DNA of 64,000 nucleotides, taken from the NCBI GenBank assembly GCA_000990005.1, contig LBPF01000003.1, positions 7,479-71,478 on the forward strand, in the 5' to 3' direction. The translations under genes and the position numbers were made by a program. Below the pieces are notes generated by a model. The model made no database searches, was not told the DNA's origin, and saw only the letters and a program-made list of their open reading frames with translations. The DNA comes from Candidatus Woesebacteria bacterium GW2011_GWB1_33_38. Lineage in GTDB: Bacteria > Patescibacteriota > Microgenomatia > UBA8517. Below, piece by piece: positions 48,090 through 57,187 of this stretch (position 1 is its first letter; each line of letters opens with the position of its first letter).

Positions 48090-48211
48090 TTTCTCATCCT
48101 TTTTATTTGTTTTGCATCTTTAAAAAAAACAAAGTATACAATAAACAATACAATACAACTAAAGATGGCTGCCATTAAATATATTGTGTAAAATCTATCT
48201 GGGTTAATCAT
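48086..48211 (-). CDS. 41-aa single-TM peptide (not in the ORF track)
   Basis: MINPDRFYTIYLMAAIFSCIVLFIVYFVFFKDAKQIKRMRK; starts 1 nt after the stop of the 66-aa ORF. Confidence 0.6.
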   Translation of the reverse strand: MINPDRFYTIYLMAAIFSCIVLFIVYFVFFKDAKQIKRMRK

Positions 48212-48212
48212 C

Positions 48213-48413
48213 TTATTGATCCTTTACTAATGATATAGAAAATAAAGCAAATATTCCACTTATTGAAAAAGTAACCAAAACAGAACCAATAAATTTTGAA
48301 TCAAAATCTGTGCTGATAAATAACGGAGCAATAATTCCTGCCGTGAACCAGGCTATTGATAAATTTCCCAAGATCTCGGCAGTTTGTTTTAGTTGACCAT
48401 TTGAAAATGTCAT
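48213..48413 (-). CDS. 66-aa two-TM membrane protein
   Basis: Two hydrophobic helices; first gene of a minus-strand trio. Confidence 0.65.
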   Translation of the reverse strand: MTFSNGQLKQTAEILGNLSIAWFTAGIIAPLFISTDFDSKFIGSVLVTFSISGIFALFSISLVKDQ

Positions 48414-48486
48414 ATTAAATAAATAATATCATAATCATTAAATCACTAGCTACAAATTCAAAAAGTTGATATGATGTTATTTGCAT

Positions 48487-50568
48487 ATGGCCAAGAGACA
48501 CAAAAGAAGAACAGACAAAAGGGCTTTTAAGTTAAAGCTTAAGCCTCAAACAATGGCTTCAATTGCCCAAGTTTTTTTCTTTGCAGTGGCATTTTTGATA
48601 ATAATATCTTTTTCCAGAAGGGGTCTAATCTTGTTTCGTTTTAATGACATGATGATGGAGATTTTTGGTTGGGCAACAGTTTTTTTACCCTTCATATTTC
48701 TATCTTTCTCTTTTCTGGTAAGTAAAATAAAATTACCTCTTTCTCAACCAAATGTAATAGTTGGCTCAATTTTAATTTTTTTATCCCTTGCTGGACTTGG
48801 CAAATCAGGAAATCTTGGCCTTATTTTTTGGGAAGGTGTTTCAACTTTAGTTACTCCAGCCGGAGCAATAATTATCTTTTTTGGAATTACTTTAACTGGA
48901 CTTATAATATTATTTAATACATCATTTGACCAAGTATTTAAAATTCTGAAAAACTTTTGGGGGACAATCAACCTTTATATCTTTGGTCAAAAATCTGCGG
49001 GAGGCGGAAGAATTTTACCTAGAAAAGATTTCAAGATTTCAGGTGCAACACCAGTCACTGTCCCCGTTATAAATATACCAAAACAAAAAGAGGTCTTAGA
49101 AGAAAAGTTAATCAGCAATATTAAGGGTGAGGATACTATTTGGAAATACCCATCAATTGATTTATTCTTTGGAGATCAAATTGGAAAAGTTGACAGGGGA
49201 GACATTAACGGGAACGCAGATATTATTGAAAAGACACTTGAATCATTTGGTATTACTGCAAATATTGTTGAAGTAAACTTAGGCCCTGCAGTTACCCAGT
49301 ATGCAATTCAAGTAGCACTTGGCACTAAGCTTTCTAAAATCACAGCTTTAGAGCGTGATTTGGCCTTAGCATTATCTGCCCCCACAGGTACAATTAGAAT
49401 TGAAGCGCCAATTCCTGGAAGAAACTTAGTCGGTATTGAACTTCCCAATAGGTCTCCTGAATTTGTACCGATAAAAAGAATTCTCGAGTCAGAAGAAATG
49501 ACAGGCAAAAAATCAAAACTGGCGGTTACTTTAGGGCTTGATGTTTCTGGAAAACCAGTTATAGCAGACTTAAATAAAATGCCACATGTTTTAATTGCTG
49601 GTCAAACGGGCTCTGGTAAATCAGTTTGTATCAATACATTTTTGGCATCAATTCTTTATAGAGCTAGCCCTTCCGAAGTTAAATTTATTATGGTTGATCC
49701 AAAAAGAGTTGAATTGACAGGTTATAATGACATTCCACATCTTTTGTCTCCTGTTATAGTTGAGACCGACAAAGTTCTTTCTGCCCTTCGCTGGCTTACT
49801 CGTGAAATGGACAGAAGATATGAGCTTTTTGAACGAGCTGGAGCTAGAAATATTGATTCGTATAATGAAATGAGTGGTTTTCAGGCCCTTCCATACATTG
49901 TTTTATTAATTGATGAACTGGCTGATGTTATGCTTCTTTCTCCAGTTGAAGTTGAAGATGCAATTACACGAATTGCCCAAATGAGCCGTGCAACTGGAAT
50001 ACACATGGTTCTTGCAACACAAAGACCGTCGGTTAATGTCATTACAGGGCTTATTAAAGCAAATATTCCTTGTCGTATTGCCTTTGCTGTTTCCTCCCAA
50101 GTTGATTCAAGGGTTATTATGGATACTCAAGGGGCTGAAAAACTACTAGGTAAAGGAGATATGCTTTATCTTCCCCCAGATCAAGCAAAACCTTCAAGAA
50201 TTCAGGGTGCGTTTGTTAATGATGCAGAAATTAAAAACTTAGTTAGTTTTGTTAAAAATCAAGGCGTACCAGTTCAGTATACCGAAGAAGTTACTACAAT
50301 GACTAAATCAGGTAAGCCAGCAGTTGCTGGAGTTATTGGAGATACAGATGATTTATTTAGTGAAGCTATTAAAGTTGTTTGTCAGTATGACAAAGCTTCA
50401 GCCTCGCTTCTTCAAAGAAGACTCTCGATTGGTTATGCACGAGCTGCTAGGGTTATGGACCAATTACAAGATGCTGGTGTTATTGCTCCATCAGATGGTT
50501 CATCTAAACCGCGAGAAGTACTCATTAAAAATGCAGACGATTTTTTAAATAGTATAGGCTCTAAATGA
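48487..50568 (+). CDS. ftsK: DNA translocase FtsK/SpoIIIE
   Basis: TM N-domain; RIEAPIPG, MPHVLIAGQTGSGKS, IDELAD, ATQRPS; gamma domain S.LQRRL.IGYARA. Confidence 0.96.
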   Translation: MAKRHKRRTDKRAFKLKLKPQTMASIAQVFFFAVAFLIIISFSRRGLILFRFNDMMMEIFGWATVFLPFIFLSFSFLVSKIKLPLSQPNVIVGSILIFLSLAGLGKSGNLGLIFWEGVSTLVTPAGAIIIFFGITLTGLIILFNTSFDQVFKILKNFWGTINLYIFGQKSAGGGRILPRKDFKISGATPVTVPVINIPKQKEVLEEKLISNIKGEDTIWKYPSIDLFFGDQIGKVDRGDINGNADIIEKTLESFGITANIVEVNLGPAVTQYAIQVALGTKLSKITALERDLALALSAPTGTIRIEAPIPGRNLVGIELPNRSPEFVPIKRILESEEMTGKKSKLAVTLGLDVSGKPVIADLNKMPHVLIAGQTGSGKSVCINTFLASILYRASPSEVKFIMVDPKRVELTGYNDIPHLLSPVIVETDKVLSALRWLTREMDRRYELFERAGARNIDSYNEMSGFQALPYIVLLIDELADVMLLSPVEVEDAITRIAQMSRATGIHMVLATQRPSVNVITGLIKANIPCRIAFAVSSQVDSRVIMDTQGAEKLLGKGDMLYLPPDQAKPSRIQGAFVNDAEIKNLVSFVKNQGVPVQYTEEVTTMTKSGKPAVAGVIGDTDDLFSEAIKVVCQYDKASASLLQRRLSIGYARAARVMDQLQDAGVIAPSDGSSKPREVLIKNADDFLNSIGSK

Positions 50569-51185
50569 ACACAGTTGGCCAAACTTTAAAAACGGCTCGT
50601 TTAAAGAAAGGTGTTTCTTTAATTAAACTTGAGAATTTAACAAAAATTAAAAGAGAATTTATTTCAAAAATTGAAGATAACGATTGGGATAATTTGCCAG
50701 AATTTCCTGTAGTTTCTGGGTTTGTTAAAAATATAGCAAGTGCGTTAGGCATTTCTACGGGTAATACAAATGCAATACTAAGGAGAGATTATTCTCCTAA
50801 AAAATTAGCTATTAATCCCACTCCCGATGTGGGAAGTAAATTTGTTTGGTCTCCAAAACTAACTTTTGTTGTTGGAATTAGCTTCTTACTTATTTTGGTT
50901 TTGGGATATTTGGGATTTGAATATATAAAATTTATAAAACCACCAGGACTTATTATTTTAACTCCAGTAGAAAATGAGAAGGTTTTACAAACAAAAATAA
51001 AGATTGAAGGTAAGTCGGTTACAGATGCAACCTTAACAGTTAATAATCAATTAATAATTATAGACCAAGATGGGAAGTTTAAATCGGAAATTGAAATTAC
51101 CAAAGACACCAAAGAATTAATATTTATTGTGGTTTCAAGATCTGGTAAGAAGACTGAAAAAGTTATTAAAATAGCTGTAGAATAA
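50565..51185 (+). CDS. RodZ-like HTH-TM-Ig protein
   Basis: G..LK.AR..KG.SL...TKI, IE..DW..LP, TM, beta-rich C-domain; follows ftsK. Confidence 0.75.
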   Translation: MNTVGQTLKTARLKKGVSLIKLENLTKIKREFISKIEDNDWDNLPEFPVVSGFVKNIASALGISTGNTNAILRRDYSPKKLAINPTPDVGSKFVWSPKLTFVVGISFLLILVLGYLGFEYIKFIKPPGLIILTPVENEKVLQTKIKIEGKSVTDATLTVNNQLIIIDQDGKFKSEIEITKDTKELIFIVVSRSGKKTEKVIKIAVE

Positions 51186-51189
51186 TAAT

Positions 51190-51426
51190 ATGGATGGAGT
51201 TCAAAGACTTTTAGTAATTGTAGTTATAACCTTAACAGTTCTTCTTGTCATTGTCGGTGTTCAGGTTGTTTTTATTATTTTAGATCTTAGAAAATCAGTA
51301 AAAAGATTAAATTCAATTTTAGAAGATTCAATTTTAGGTGGAGGATTAATAAGACCAGAGCGCTTAACAGGAATTGCTGAAATGTTTAAGAAAGATAAAA
51401 GTATTACCACCCACGGACAAGAATAA
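51190..51426 (+). CDS. Small single-TM hypothetical protein
   Basis: Hydrophobic N-helix followed by an amphipathic helix. Confidence 0.7.
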   Translation: MDGVQRLLVIVVITLTVLLVIVGVQVVFIILDLRKSVKRLNSILEDSILGGGLIRPERLTGIAEMFKKDKSITTHGQE

Positions 51427-51428
51427 AG

Positions 51429-51686
51429 CTAGTGTTTATAGGCCCCCTGTCGATGTTGGATTTTATGTACGATAATTATGTTTCTTTTTTTATCAAACTC
51501 GTAAATTATTCTGTATGGCCAAGCACGAACAGAATAAAACGATTTTAACTCTCCAGTTAGGGGCTTTCCAAGTAGAGGACTTTTCTCAATAGCCCTTAAT
51601 TTCTTTAACACTTTCTTTTTTTCGACTTTTGGAAGTTTTGCAAATTCTTTTTCAGAATTTTTAGTTAAGAGCATATTTTTTCTCAA
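51429..51686 (-). CDS. RelE/ParE-family toxin
   Basis: GKPLTGELK.FYSVRAWPYRIIY...I.HRQ.AY. Confidence 0.88.
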   Translation of the reverse strand: MRKNMLLTKNSEKEFAKLPKVEKKKVLKKLRAIEKSPLLGKPLTGELKSFYSVRAWPYRIIYEFDKKRNIIIVHKIQHRQGAYKH

Positions 51687-51942
51687 TCTCTTCTAAAGTT
51701 ATAAAATTTCCCTTTTTGTAATCCTCTCTAGATTTTTTAATATCGGTCATTAAATTTTTATCTGTCAAAATATCCAAAGTTTCTTCCCAAGCCTCCACAT
51801 CTTCAATAGGCATAACAACAGCTTTTGTTTTTCCACGATGGGTGATTACAAAACGACGCAAGTTATTTCCAACTTCTTCAAGTATTTGATAGAAGTTAGC
51901 TCTGGCTATGTTTGCTGGTATTGTTCCTGCTAATACGTTTAT
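51661..51942 (-). CDS. Phd/YefM antitoxin; the frame extends up to an ATA at 51942
   Basis: TIPANIARANFYQILEEV...FVITHRGK..AVV...E.WEETL.IL. Confidence 0.8.
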   Translation of the reverse strand: MNVLAGTIPANIARANFYQILEEVGNNLRRFVITHRGKTKAVVMPIEDVEAWEETLDILTDKNLMTDIKKSREDYKKGNFITLEEIEKKYALN

Positions 51943-51948
51943 GTTTAA

Positions 51949-51977
51949 ATAGTACTACTACTCGTACCACTTGTCAA
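51949..51977 (-). promoter_or_regulatory. Sigma-70 promoter of the TA cassette
   Basis: Minus strand TTGACA-17 bp-TACTAT. Confidence 0.8.
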
Positions 51978-52013
51978 TACCTGACCACCCACGGACAAGG
52001 GGAATAATCTTTA

Positions 52014-52178
52014 TTAAAACCAACCTTCTTTAGTATTTCTATTGCGCATTTTAGCTAAGTCTTTAAGCAACGGTTTTTCCAGTGGAGCAAGTTGTTTTTG
52101 GTGTTCATCAAAACTTATTTCCTCTCTTTGGTATTGGCCTAGAAGTGCGTCTTTTATCTTGTTTGGTTGATCATTCAT
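52014..52178 (-). CDS. 54-aa hypothetical protein (not in the ORF track)
   Basis: MNDQPNKIKDALLGQYQREE...EGWF fills the gap; a -10-like sequence lies upstream. Confidence 0.45.
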   Translation of the reverse strand: MNDQPNKIKDALLGQYQREEISFDEHQKQLAPLEKPLLKDLAKMRNRNTKEGWF

Positions 52179-52235
52179 TATCTTTTGATAATACTACTAA
52201 TAATTATCAATTTCTAGCTGTATAATTTGGCCACA

Positions 52236-53945
52236 ATGATAACTTCTAATGAGGTTAGAGAAAAATACTTAAAGTTTTTTGAAAAAAGAGGGCATGTGAT
52301 TATTCCCCCTGCTCCTTTGGTTTTAGAAAATGATCCAACCACCCTTTTCACCTCAAGTGGTATGCAACCACTAGTTCCATATTTGATGGGTAAAAAACAT
52401 GAATTAGGAACAAGACTTGTTGATTCACAACCTTCTGTTCGTGCTCAAGGTAAAAATGATGATATTTTAGAGGTTGGTGATAGCCGCCATTTAACATATT
52501 TTGAAATGTTGGGCAATTGGAGTTTGGGTGATTATTTTAAAGAAAAACAACTTCCATGGATTTGGGAATTTTATACAAATGAATTGAAAATACCCAAAGC
52601 TAAGTTATATGTAACTCTTTTTGAGGGAGATAAATCAGTTGAGAAGGACCTTGTTTCATATCAGATTTGGAAAGATTTGGGAGTTGATGACGATCATATA
52701 TTTTATTATGGAGTGAAAAAGAATTGGTGGAGTAGGAGCGGAACCCCGGACGAGATGCCTGAGGGCGAAATTGGAGGACCAACATCAGAAGTGTTTTATG
52801 AATTTACACAGACTCCTCACAATAAAAAATTTGGTGATAAGTGCCATCCTAATTGTGATTGCGGAAGATTTTTAGAAATTGGGAACAATGTTTTTATGTT
52901 GTACAAAAAATCAAAAAGCAAACTGAAAGAACTTCCTCAAAAAAATGTAGATTTTGGTGGGGGTTTGGAAAGAATTGTTGCTGCGGCGAACGATGATCCG
53001 GATATATTTAAAATTGATTTATACTGGCCGACTATTGAGAAGGTGCAGAAAGCTTTTAATATGAAATATCTGGAGAATCAAAAAACAATGCAGATAATTG
53101 CAGATCACTTGAGGTCATCTGAAGCCTTGATAAATAACGGTGTTGTTCCCTCCAATAAAATGCATGGATATATCTTAAGAAGATTAATTAGAAGAATCGC
53201 AATAAAGTTGCCTGAATTTGAGAAAATAACTGACAATCCAGTTATTCTAGAGGAATTAAAAAAGTTTAAAGTAAGTCTTGATAAAGGCTTAAAAGAGATT
53301 AAAAAAGTTGAAAAGATAACTGGTAAAATAGCCTTTGATTTATATCAATCATACGGCTTCCCTCTTGAGTTGACCATTGAACTGTTTGAAGAAAAAGGCC
53401 AAAAGGTTGATTTGGAAGAGTTTAGAACAGAGTTTGATAGACATAAAGAAGCCTCAAGAAGTCTGTCGACCGGCATATTTAAAGGAGGTCTTGTGGATCG
53501 TGGCGAGGAAACAACAAAGCTTCATACACTTACCCATTTATTGCATGCAAGTTTAAGGAAAATCTTAGGTGATACTGTTTCTCAAAAAGGAAGTCACATA
53601 ACGCACGAGAGGTTAAGATTTGATTTTTCATATCCAGAAAAATTAACTGATATACAAGTTAAAAAAGTAATCGATCTAATAAACGAACAAATAGATAAAA
53701 ATTTACCTGTAACTTTTGAAGAAAAAACTCCTGATGAAGCCATCAAAGAAGGCGCTTTACATTTTTTTGTTGAAAAATATGGTGAGAAGGTAAAAATGTA
53801 CTCTATCGGTGACTTTAGTCGAGAGATTTGCGGTGGACCGCATGTAACTAACACAATCCTTTTAAGGCATGCTAAAATGATTAAGCAGGAGAAAATAGGG
53901 TCAGGAGTTATACGAATATATGTTAGATTTTTTGAAAAAAAATGA
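52236..53945 (+). CDS. alaS: Alanyl-tRNA synthetase, compact (no C-Ala domain)
   Basis: LFTSSGMQP, FEMLGNWSLGDYFK, DFGGGLER, HT.THLLH, EICGGPHV. Confidence 0.95.
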   Translation: MITSNEVREKYLKFFEKRGHVIIPPAPLVLENDPTTLFTSSGMQPLVPYLMGKKHELGTRLVDSQPSVRAQGKNDDILEVGDSRHLTYFEMLGNWSLGDYFKEKQLPWIWEFYTNELKIPKAKLYVTLFEGDKSVEKDLVSYQIWKDLGVDDDHIFYYGVKKNWWSRSGTPDEMPEGEIGGPTSEVFYEFTQTPHNKKFGDKCHPNCDCGRFLEIGNNVFMLYKKSKSKLKELPQKNVDFGGGLERIVAAANDDPDIFKIDLYWPTIEKVQKAFNMKYLENQKTMQIIADHLRSSEALINNGVVPSNKMHGYILRRLIRRIAIKLPEFEKITDNPVILEELKKFKVSLDKGLKEIKKVEKITGKIAFDLYQSYGFPLELTIELFEEKGQKVDLEEFRTEFDRHKEASRSLSTGIFKGGLVDRGEETTKLHTLTHLLHASLRKILGDTVSQKGSHITHERLRFDFSYPEKLTDIQVKKVIDLINEQIDKNLPVTFEEKTPDEAIKEGALHFFVEKYGEKVKMYSIGDFSREICGGPHVTNTILLRHAKMIKQEKIGSGVIRIYVRFFEKK

Positions 53946-55923
53946 GGAAGAGAGAGAAAATTATTGGTCAATACTGATTGAAAACCAGTGGATTACTTCT
54001 GCAATTTGGCAAATTAAAGGTGGAAAAGTTGAAATTGTTGCTTCTTCGCCAGGTACTCGTTGGGAGGGAGATTTGAGTGAGGCTGTTGATGCTACTTTAT
54101 CAAGTTGTACACAAAGTTTACCTGACGATTTTCCAGATCCATCAAAAACCGTCTTTGGTGTATCTTCTTCTTGGATACAAGATGGGAATATTAAAGAAGA
54201 ATATCTACTTAAATTAAAGAAAATCTGTGGCGATCTTTCATTGGTTCCCTCTGGCTTCGTTGTTTTATCAGAGGCTATTTCTCACTTTATTAAAAACAAA
54301 GAACAAACCCTTTTTTCAGGTATAACTTTAGGTGTAAGTGATCAAAGTTTAGATATATCTGTTTTTGATTTGGGAAAACTCGTTGGTACAACAATAGTTT
54401 CAAGAAGTATCTTAGTGTCTGATGACTTACTCGAGGGTTTAAGTAGATTAACTACTAGCTCACACAATTTTCCACCCAGAATTGTTCTATATAATCAAAA
54501 GGAAACTGAATTAGAGGAGATTAAAGGTGGTTTAAATGAAATTGACTGGGAAAAAGTTGAAACTTTGAAATTTCTTCACGCCCCCACCGTGGAAATACTT
54601 GATCCCAGTGATAAAATCTTGGCTGTTTCACTTGCTGGTGGATCAGAAATAAGTCAGGTAGATGGTATAGAAAATATGCCCGAGGATGAAATCAGAAATG
54701 TTAGTGAGCTTGAAGGTGTTACCGCAGAAGATTTAGGTTTTGTAGTAGACACACCAAATAATCCCAAAATTAGTTTACCTAAATTTAATATTAAATTACC
54801 TAAATTACCTCGGATGAACCTTTCTTTTTCTAGTAAACCATTCATTTTTGGCGGAATATCATTTTTTATAGTTTTTGTGCTGTGTTTCTTGGTTTGGTGG
54901 TTTTTGCCCAAAGCAACAGTGACTATATTTGTTGCTCCTAAAAAACTTGAAAACAATGTAACTATCAATTTGGGTAGTGATTTGTCAGGGGATACAATTG
55001 ATACTTCAGTATCTGGTGAAAAAACTAAATCAACAACTGGAACTAAAACTGTAGGAGAAAAAGCTAAGGGACAAGTAAAAGTTCAAAATGGCACAGCTTT
55101 TCCTATAAATTTAACTGCCGGCACAATACTTCTTTCTTCATCAGATATAAAGTTCGTAACAGCCAAGCAAGCGTCTATTTCAGGTGCGTTGTCTCCAAGT
55201 GATCCTGGTACAACAGTTCTAGACGTTGAAGCTTATGGCATTGGTTCTGAATTTAACTTAGCTAAAGATGAAATACTTAAAGTCGGTAGCTACCCGAAAG
55301 CCGAAGTGGACGCTACAATTACAGCCAACTTTACTGGAGGATCAAGTCGTCAGATATCGGCCGTTTCTGATGATGATAGAAAAAAATTGTTGATAGAATT
55401 GACAGAAGAATTAACAAACCAGGCTAAAACTAAATTAGTGGGACAACTTTCTAGCGAAAAGATGATCGTTGATTCGACAATTATTTTTGAGAGCGAAGAA
55501 GAGGATTTTAGTAATAAAGTTGGAGATGAAGCAACAACTGTAAAATTATCATTGAATTTAAAGTTCATTGCTATTGCCATATCAAAGAGTGATCTAACCG
55601 ATATTTCTAAAAAGACACTAACAGAAAGGATTCCGTCAGGATTCGTCTTAAGAGATGATCAAATATCGTATGTATTTGTAGGCGAAGAAGAAAAGGATAG
55701 TATCACTGTTAAAATTACTGCCAATTTATTGCCTAGTATAAATACAGATGATATAGCTAAAAAGATTGCAGGCAGGTACCCAATAGTCGCAGAGGAATAT
55801 TTACAAAATGTGCCAGGTTTTACTAATGCTGAATTTCGTCTATCCCCACTTCTTAGAGGAAAACTAGCAACATTGCCACATGTAGCCAATAATATTGAGG
55901 TTATACTATCTTCAGAACAATGA
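53920..55923 (+). CDS. Bitopic membrane protein with a cytoplasmic N-domain and a baseplate-J-like extracellular region
   Basis: One TM at about aa 308-329; KAKGQV...N...L.AGT.L...F.T...V.V.A...G.EFN pattern. Confidence 0.55.
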   Translation: MLDFLKKNEEERENYWSILIENQWITSAIWQIKGGKVEIVASSPGTRWEGDLSEAVDATLSSCTQSLPDDFPDPSKTVFGVSSSWIQDGNIKEEYLLKLKKICGDLSLVPSGFVVLSEAISHFIKNKEQTLFSGITLGVSDQSLDISVFDLGKLVGTTIVSRSILVSDDLLEGLSRLTTSSHNFPPRIVLYNQKETELEEIKGGLNEIDWEKVETLKFLHAPTVEILDPSDKILAVSLAGGSEISQVDGIENMPEDEIRNVSELEGVTAEDLGFVVDTPNNPKISLPKFNIKLPKLPRMNLSFSSKPFIFGGISFFIVFVLCFLVWWFLPKATVTIFVAPKKLENNVTINLGSDLSGDTIDTSVSGEKTKSTTGTKTVGEKAKGQVKVQNGTAFPINLTAGTILLSSSDIKFVTAKQASISGALSPSDPGTTVLDVEAYGIGSEFNLAKDEILKVGSYPKAEVDATITANFTGGSSRQISAVSDDDRKKLLIELTEELTNQAKTKLVGQLSSEKMIVDSTIIFESEEEDFSNKVGDEATTVKLSLNLKFIAIAISKSDLTDISKKTLTERIPSGFVLRDDQISYVFVGEEEKDSITVKITANLLPSINTDDIAKKIAGRYPIVAEEYLQNVPGFTNAEFRLSPLLRGKLATLPHVANNIEVILSSEQ

Positions 55924-56576
55924 GGAATTTAGATAATCGCAAAAAGCGAAATATTATTAAGACTTCTGCTTTTATATCGGGTATATCAGGACTTGTGATT
56001 TTAGTTTCTACTATCTGGCCGATTATAAGTTATCAGTTAACAGAAGGGAGTCGATATAAGACACTTTTAACTCCACTGGTCTTAGATAAAGATTTTACTA
56101 AAGCTTCAAACTGGTTTCCTGAGGCTTCTAAAAATAAAGATTTTGGTAGTTCTAAAGTTTCCTTTTACACAATTTCTATTCCCAAGTTAAAAATTCAAGG
56201 TGCGGTTGTAGCTATTGGCGGAGAAGATTTGACAAAACACCTAATTCAATACCCAGGAACAGCATTACCTGGTAAAAATGGAAATGCAGTTATCTTTGGA
56301 CACTCAGTTCTTCCCATTTTCTATAATCCTAAAAGTTATACTGCTATTTTTTCAACTCTGCCAACGCTTGAAGAAGGTGATGATGTTTTTATTGAATATG
56401 ACGGTATTTCATATAAGTTTAGAGTTGAGGAATTATTTGAAATATATCCCACAGATATTCAGATTCTTGAACAAAATTCCACAGATTCATTTATAACCTT
56501 GGTTACCTGTGTTCCACCTGGAGACCCTAGAAACCCAAAAAGATTAATTGTCAGAGCCAGAGTGGTATCATCATAA
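55920..56576 (+). CDS. Sortase
   Basis: ISIPKL, PG..GN.VIFGHS, TLVTC.P....RLIVRA (His/Cys/Arg triad). Confidence 0.92.
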   Translation: MRNLDNRKKRNIIKTSAFISGISGLVILVSTIWPIISYQLTEGSRYKTLLTPLVLDKDFTKASNWFPEASKNKDFGSSKVSFYTISIPKLKIQGAVVAIGGEDLTKHLIQYPGTALPGKNGNAVIFGHSVLPIFYNPKSYTAIFSTLPTLEEGDDVFIEYDGISYKFRVEELFEIYPTDIQILEQNSTDSFITLVTCVPPGDPRNPKRLIVRARVVSS

Positions 56577-56577
56577 T

Positions 56578-56943
56578 ATGAAATATTTAGGGATAGATTA
56601 TGGAAGAAAGAAAATAGGCCTAGCAATCTCTGAAGGTAAATTGGCAGAGCCAATGAAAGTGATTAGATACAAGGATATAAAGTTATTGGTGCAACAAATA
56701 AAACAAATAATCCAAAAAGAAAATATAGAAATAATAGTTGTTGGAATATCGGAGGGAGAAATGGCTGAAGAGTCTAAAAAATTTGCAAAAGAAATTGGCG
56801 CAGAAGTTTTTGACGAGACATTAACTTCCCAAGATGCTATTTCACTCTCAATACAAGCAGGTACAGGAAGAAAAAAGAGAAAAAAGATGGAAGATGCTTA
56901 TGCTGCGACCATTATGCTTCAAAATTATTTAGATAGCCGATAA
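56578..56943 (+). CDS. ruvX: YqgF/RuvX-family nuclease
   Basis: LGIDYG.KKIGLAIS, DE.LTS, D..AA...LQ.YL. Confidence 0.9.
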   Translation: MKYLGIDYGRKKIGLAISEGKLAEPMKVIRYKDIKLLVQQIKQIIQKENIEIIVVGISEGEMAEESKKFAKEIGAEVFDETLTSQDAISLSIQAGTGRKKRKKMEDAYAATIMLQNYLDSR

Positions 56944-56989
56944 TTTCTGTCGGTTGACGAATCGGTTTTAATGGTATAATTTAACGAGT

Positions 56990-57187
56990 ATGTTTAAAAA
57001 TGTAATTGCACCAATACAAGCATGGCTCATGAGTCAGGGAAAGTGTGTTGGTTGTGGAATGTTGTTGAATAAAGCAAAACGTAAATCTCATAAATATGGT
57101 GAAAAAGTAACTTGTAAGTGTGAAAGAATTTATATTTTTAACCTTAAAGATAAAAAATATAGAAGAGCGCTTCTAGATGAAGTCTAA
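56990..57187 (+). CDS. Small putative Zn-ribbon protein
   Basis: CVGC...CKC; has its own TGnTATAAT promoter. Confidence 0.7.
   Translation: MFKNVIAPIQAWLMSQGKCVGCGMLLNKAKRKSHKYGEKVTCKCERIYIFNLKDKKYRRALLDEV

Larger units (their letters stand above)
51406..51999. mobile_element. TA cassette bounded by 16-bp direct repeats
   Basis: ACCACCCACGGACAAG at 51406-51421 and 51984-51999. Confidence 0.7.

Noticed and set aside
53920-55923. Prophage or contractile injection system
   Set aside because: No other tail, sheath, capsid or integrase genes nearby.
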